NCBI GenBank assembly: GCA_964603945.1
Contig: CAZRWP010000003.1
Coordinates: 6,830 to 70,829, forward strand
Source of the DNA: an uncultured Pseudomonadales bacterium
GTDB taxonomy: Bacteria; Patescibacteriota; Microgenomatia; UBA1400; UBA1396
Direction: 5' to 3'
Length of the DNA stretch: 64,000 nt
Within the stretch, counting starts at the first letter, position 1; each line of letters begins with the position of its first letter. A model generated the notes under the pieces. It was not told where the DNA came from. It ran no database searches and worked only from the letters and a program-made list of their open reading frames with translations. Positions 60,588 through 64,000 of the stretch are shown piece by piece. A program made the translations under genes and the position numbers.

Positions 60588-61967
60588 TTACTTTCCAACT
60601 TTTTTGGCTAATTTCAGGATATTTTGACATCCGTCGGTAAATTCCGGCGGTAGATCCTTTGCTTTTTGCATGGCCATTTCAAGCCAGCTTTTGTTGTCCT
60701 CAATTGGCTCCTGTAAAAATGTCAGTTGTTCAATTAATTGATCAATTTCCGCTGAGCGGGCGATGCCGCGGCGGGTGAAAATTGAGGCGATGTTGTCTTC
60801 CCATTCTCCCCAGGATTTTAATAGTAGCAGAGCACAACCAGCCGCCGCGGCGTCATAAGCCATGTCGCCGGAAGGCTTAGCCAGCACAAGATCTGCCCAA
60901 GGGAAACCGTATTCCACAATCAGTTCATTGGCGGCCACAATGTCATCGCCATACAAAAGTCTCATGGAAGCATTTTTGTCAGATTCACCGCCAAGAATTA
61001 CTTTATGTTTTTTAGTCAGGGCTCGCACCATTTCAGCGTGATCAGAGTTGGTGCCGGCATAGTATATAAGTTGCACAGCCAACGGTGGATTCGCAGTCTC
61101 AGTAGTTTTCTTAGATTTGCTCTTGGTATCAGTTTTCAAAAGCGGGAGAAGTTGCTCCAGCGCCTTCTCAAGCTCAGCTTTATTCGTCCCGACGCCACCG
61201 GTAGTCAGCAAAATCCGTAGCGGACGCTTTTTCCAGGCGGTGGTAGATTTTTCTTCGCCAGCAGTTTTAACTCGAGGATCAATAAAGGGACCAGTTACAA
61301 CAACTTTAGCCGGATCTATATCTTTGCCACGCAAAGTGGCGATTTCTAAAAAGTGCTGACGGGTTGGCTCATCAAATACCACAAAATAAGTGTTAGGCCG
61401 GTCTGCGTAATCGGTGTATTGCTCACGCACATGAGGATCAGTGACAGCCTGAATAATGGTGTGCTTCGTTTCTCGAGCTAGAATATTGCCGAGTTCAACG
61501 TGGAATGAGACAATCGGGCGTTTAATATCTTTGGTTAAATCCAGAAGTGGAGGGGTAATGGTCTCGGCGATGGGCATTTTACTGCGGGCGCGCCGGTCTA
61601 GAACTTCCTTTTTGACCCAAGTTAGCAGTGGGTAGCGGGCTAAAACTTTGCCTACTCGTTCAGTGAAAGCCACCTGAGGCCAATCTTCTGCGCTGACATA
61701 GTTAGTTGGATCCACCAAAACGGCCTGCTTCTCATCTGGATCATCACTTCCCCAGGCACAAATTGCCAGGCCGTAAGCCATAGAATAGTGGGCGCGCGAC
61801 AGCACAATATCAGGGTGATTTATGTCATCAGCCAGGCTATGTTCAGCCTCTACGATATCCCGAAAGCTAGCCGAGAGGGTGACGATTGGCAATTGAGTCG
61901 TCGCCAACCGCTCCTGATCTTCTTTTAAGAGTTTAGCAGTGACGCGATTCTTGAGTGACTTGGCCAT
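60588..61967 (-). CDS. GT-B glycosyltransferase-like protein (MGDG synthase/GT28-like)
   Basis: VTDPHV, VTG.FI, ILLTTGGVG, ADLVLAKPS and GEWE.N. Start at MAKSLK. Confidence 0.6.
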   Translation of the reverse strand: MAKSLKNRVTAKLLKEDQERLATTQLPIVTLSASFRDIVEAEHSLADDINHPDIVLSRAHYSMAYGLAICAWGSDDPDEKQAVLVDPTNYVSAEDWPQVAFTERVGKVLARYPLLTWVKKEVLDRRARSKMPIAETITPPLLDLTKDIKRPIVSFHVELGNILARETKHTIIQAVTDPHVREQYTDYADRPNTYFVVFDEPTRQHFLEIATLRGKDIDPAKVVVTGPFIDPRVKTAGEEKSTTAWKKRPLRILLTTGGVGTNKAELEKALEQLLPLLKTDTKSKSKKTTETANPPLAVQLIYYAGTNSDHAEMVRALTKKHKVILGGESDKNASMRLLYGDDIVAANELIVEYGFPWADLVLAKPSGDMAYDAAAAGCALLLLKSWGEWEDNIASIFTRRGIARSAEIDQLIEQLTFLQEPIEDNKSWLEMAMQKAKDLPPEFTDGCQNILKLAKKVGK

Positions 61968-61991
61968 ACAGTCATTGTATAGCATTCATCC

Positions 61992-62178
61992 ATTCTCGCT
62001 ATGATCGAGTGACGAGCCAGCCCCAGATCATAGTCTCTCCCTAAACCGCTGTTTTTTCCAAATTTTAAGCAATAAATAGGTCAAATATTGGTAAAAATTG
62101 GCTAAAATGCTAACAAAAATGCGGTTTAGGGAGAGACTATAGTCAAGTGACGGGCGGGTCCTCGATCATAGCGAGAAT
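61992..62178. repeat. 187-bp long inverted-repeat element (family D): 58-bp arms around an AT-rich core
   Basis: ATTCTCGCTATGATCGAG pairs with 62161-62178 and ATAGTCTCTCCCTAAACCGC with 62121-62140 as exact inverted pairs, each separated by 20 nt. Confidence 0.9.
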
Positions 62179-62186
62179 ATAAAAAG

Positions 62187-62269
62187 TGCCGGCTGAAGGA
62201 TTCGAACCTACGTAGGCATACGCCAGCAGATTTACAGTCTGCCCCCGTTGACCGCTTGGGTAAGCCGGC
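62187..62269 (-). tRNA. tRNA-Tyr(GTA)
   Basis: GCCGGCT/AGCCGGC, anticodon arm GCAGA-CTGTAAA-TCTGC, long variable arm. Confidence 0.96.
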
Positions 62270-62374
62270 ACTTGTTGGGAAGAATAATTGATATGCTCCC
62301 TAACGAAGACCTATTGTATCAGAAAGCCAAGCATTTCCGCGATGTTTTAGTCTTTAGTTTATTCAGAAAAATAG

Positions 62375-62650
62375 CTTCGAATGGGTTTTAATATCGACGA
62401 ACGCAAACTTCGCGTAACTTTACATTTGCATGAATATCATAACGACACTATTCAGCGCCAATTTTGGCATGAGATAACCGGAATTCCTTTAAAACAATAT
62501 CATCGAATACATCGCAAAAATAATTCGGTCAAGAGACGGCGGGAAGGATACCAGGGCTGTGCTAGAATATGTTACTATCACGCCGAAACAGCCCGTAAAA
62601 TTCGGGCTCTGTACTTGACATTTCAAGAACAGTTTAGGGGTGTCGGTTAA
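62375..62650 (+). pseudogene. 5'-truncated LAGLIDADG-like (CPR tRNA-adjacent family) gene remnant reading into tRNA-Trp
   Basis: LR.GFNIDERKLRVTLHLH..FWHEITGIP..QY..GY.GC..I.Y; in-frame TAG immediately upstream. Confidence 0.55.
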
Positions 62651-62706
62651 TGGTAAACCACCGCTCTCCAAAAGCGGAACTGGGGGTTCGATTCCCTCCA
62701 CCCCTG
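62636..62706 (+). tRNA. tRNA-Trp(CCA)
   Basis: AGGGGTG/CACCCCT, anticodon arm CCGCT-CTCCAAA-AGCGG. Confidence 0.96.
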
Positions 62707-62814
62707 CAGTAAGTACTCGAACCTAAATTTCCTCCTTGATTCTGTTATAATTTCTTTCAATGAATCACAGAACACTACTAACTGTGACAGTATCGCTACA
62801 GTAGAGTCAAACTT

Positions 62815-63125
62815 ATGAAAATTGAAAAACTCTCGAGAGAAGATATTCCTTTAATTTTGGAATTAGAAAGTCGAAGTGCTCCTGAAAACCGTATTACTCT
62901 AAGTATGATGATGAGGCTTTGAATTTTATATTTGATAATCCAGATAATTGTGGTGCAGTAGGAATATTTCATGCCAACAGTCTAGTGGGATGGGGAGCAT
63001 ACAGAACAAATTGGAAAAAACATGATAAAGAGGCTGGAAGCTGTGAGGTTAGCTCAATTGTTGTGGATAAAAACTACAGACGAGAGGGTTTAAGTAGTCA
63101 ACTACAGGAAAAGATAATGAATTAA
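62815..63125 (+). pseudogene. Frameshifted, C-terminally truncated GNAT acetyltransferase
   Basis: MKIEKLSREDIPLILELE in one frame continues as PYYSKYDDEAL...EVSSIVVDKNYRREGLS in another; the shift is at the A-run ~62885-62888. Confidence 0.75.
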
Positions 63126-63174
63126 AACAACGGCTAAGATTGCTGTTCCTTTAGCTTTGGTTACCACCTGCCGA

Positions 63175-64000
63175 TTAAGCATCATTTTCTTCTGGTTGAG
63201 ATTTTAGCTGAGATTTCGACCGATAATTAAGTTGAGATTTGGTTGGAGATTTCGATTTCTTTGACTTGCTGATCTTATTTGCCGTCTTTTTTACCTGATT
63301 GGCAATCGGTAATGAAAAGCAAAAAGTTGAGCCTTTCCCCAGCTCACTTTCAACCCAGATTTTGCCACGGTGACGTCTAATAATCTCTGCGGAAATATAA
63401 AGACCGAGTCCAAAGCCGGCAAAAGTTTCCTGAATCGGTCCCTCCAGGCGGAAAAAGCGTTCAAAGATCATATCTTGCTTGTTAGGCGGAATACCCGGGC
63501 CAAAATCCTGGACGCAGACCGTAACTTGTCTGGATGTCAAACGCTGGTAAACAATGATTGATTTATTCTCTGGTGAGTATTTAATGGCATTGCTAAGCAG
63601 ATTAACCAGAACCTGGCTGAGACGATCACGGTCAGCTTTAACCAAGACTGACTTGAATTTTTTCATTTTGATTGAGCTGTGTGGTGACGTTAATTGAATC
63701 ATTTCAACTACTTCCTCAGCTAGCTCCCGAAGATCAAAAGTGGTTGAGTTGATTGAGATATCTCCGCCTTCAATTCGGGAAACATCAAGTAGATCACGGA
63801 TCAAATTGGCGAGCTTATTAAGTTGTTGATCCATTTTCTTCATTAGTTCAACTGAAATCTCATCATTTCTCTTAACAAAATATGCCTGAAGATATTGGGC
63901 AAAAACCTTAAGACTGGTAACTGGTGTTTTTAGTTCATGACTGGCAATACTGATGAATTCATCTTTGCGGCGCTCAAGAGCTTGCCGCTCAGTAATATCG
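63175..64000 (-). CDS. Sensor histidine kinase (HisKA + HATPase_c), 5' end outside the window
   Basis: FISIASHELKTP near the window end, NLLSNAIKY, DFGPGI and GFGLGL. Confidence 0.95.
   Translation of the reverse strand, partial: DITERQALERRKDEFISIASHELKTPVTSLKVFAQYLQAYFVKRNDEISVELMKKMDQQLNKLANLIRDLLDVSRIEGGDISINSTTFDLRELAEEVVEMIQLTSPHSSIKMKKFKSVLVKADRDRLSQVLVNLLSNAIKYSPENKSIIVYQRLTSRQVTVCVQDFGPGIPPNKQDMIFERFFRLEGPIQETFAGFGLGLYISAEIIRRHRGKIWVESELGKGSTFCFSLPIANQVKKTANKISKSKKSKSPTKSQLNYRSKSQLKSQPEENDA

Noticed and set aside
62636-62706. Alternative genetic code (UGA recoding as in Gracilibacteria/Absconditabacteria)
   Set aside because: Core genes are intact under code 11 and TGA is used as a stop in ATGA overlaps.

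Overview
A 64-kb chromosomal window from a small-genome bacterium, most likely Patescibacteria/CPR of the Microgenomates group. That placement is inferred from 16S signature substitutions, the archaeal-type ATP-dependent ligase and cytidylate kinase, VirB2/VirB6-like genes and a DUF4012 protein. Genetic code 11 fits. The window spans the replication origin: dnaA is flanked by DnaA boxes, DnaA-trios sit before dnaN, and gene strand bias switches at ~16-18 kb. It also carries rpmH-rnpA-yidD-yidC-jag, lepA, recF, valS, PBP1A, nrdR plus an intein-containing class II RNR, mnmA, a stand-alone self-terminated 16S rRNA gene, four tRNAs, pyrH, pgk and gap. No transposase, integrase, prophage or CRISPR array is visible. 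The most striking unexplained structure is intergenic: six 84-bp palindromic cassettes in two sequence families share exactly the same 11-20-11-11-20-11 geometry, and both family-B copies sit 15 nt upstream of a -35 box (16S rRNA and pyrH promoters). Also seen are two ~180-bp long inverted-repeat elements, an unclassified terminator/antiterminator leader RNA, many apparently leaderless genes, and several gene remnants that the ORF track missed or split.
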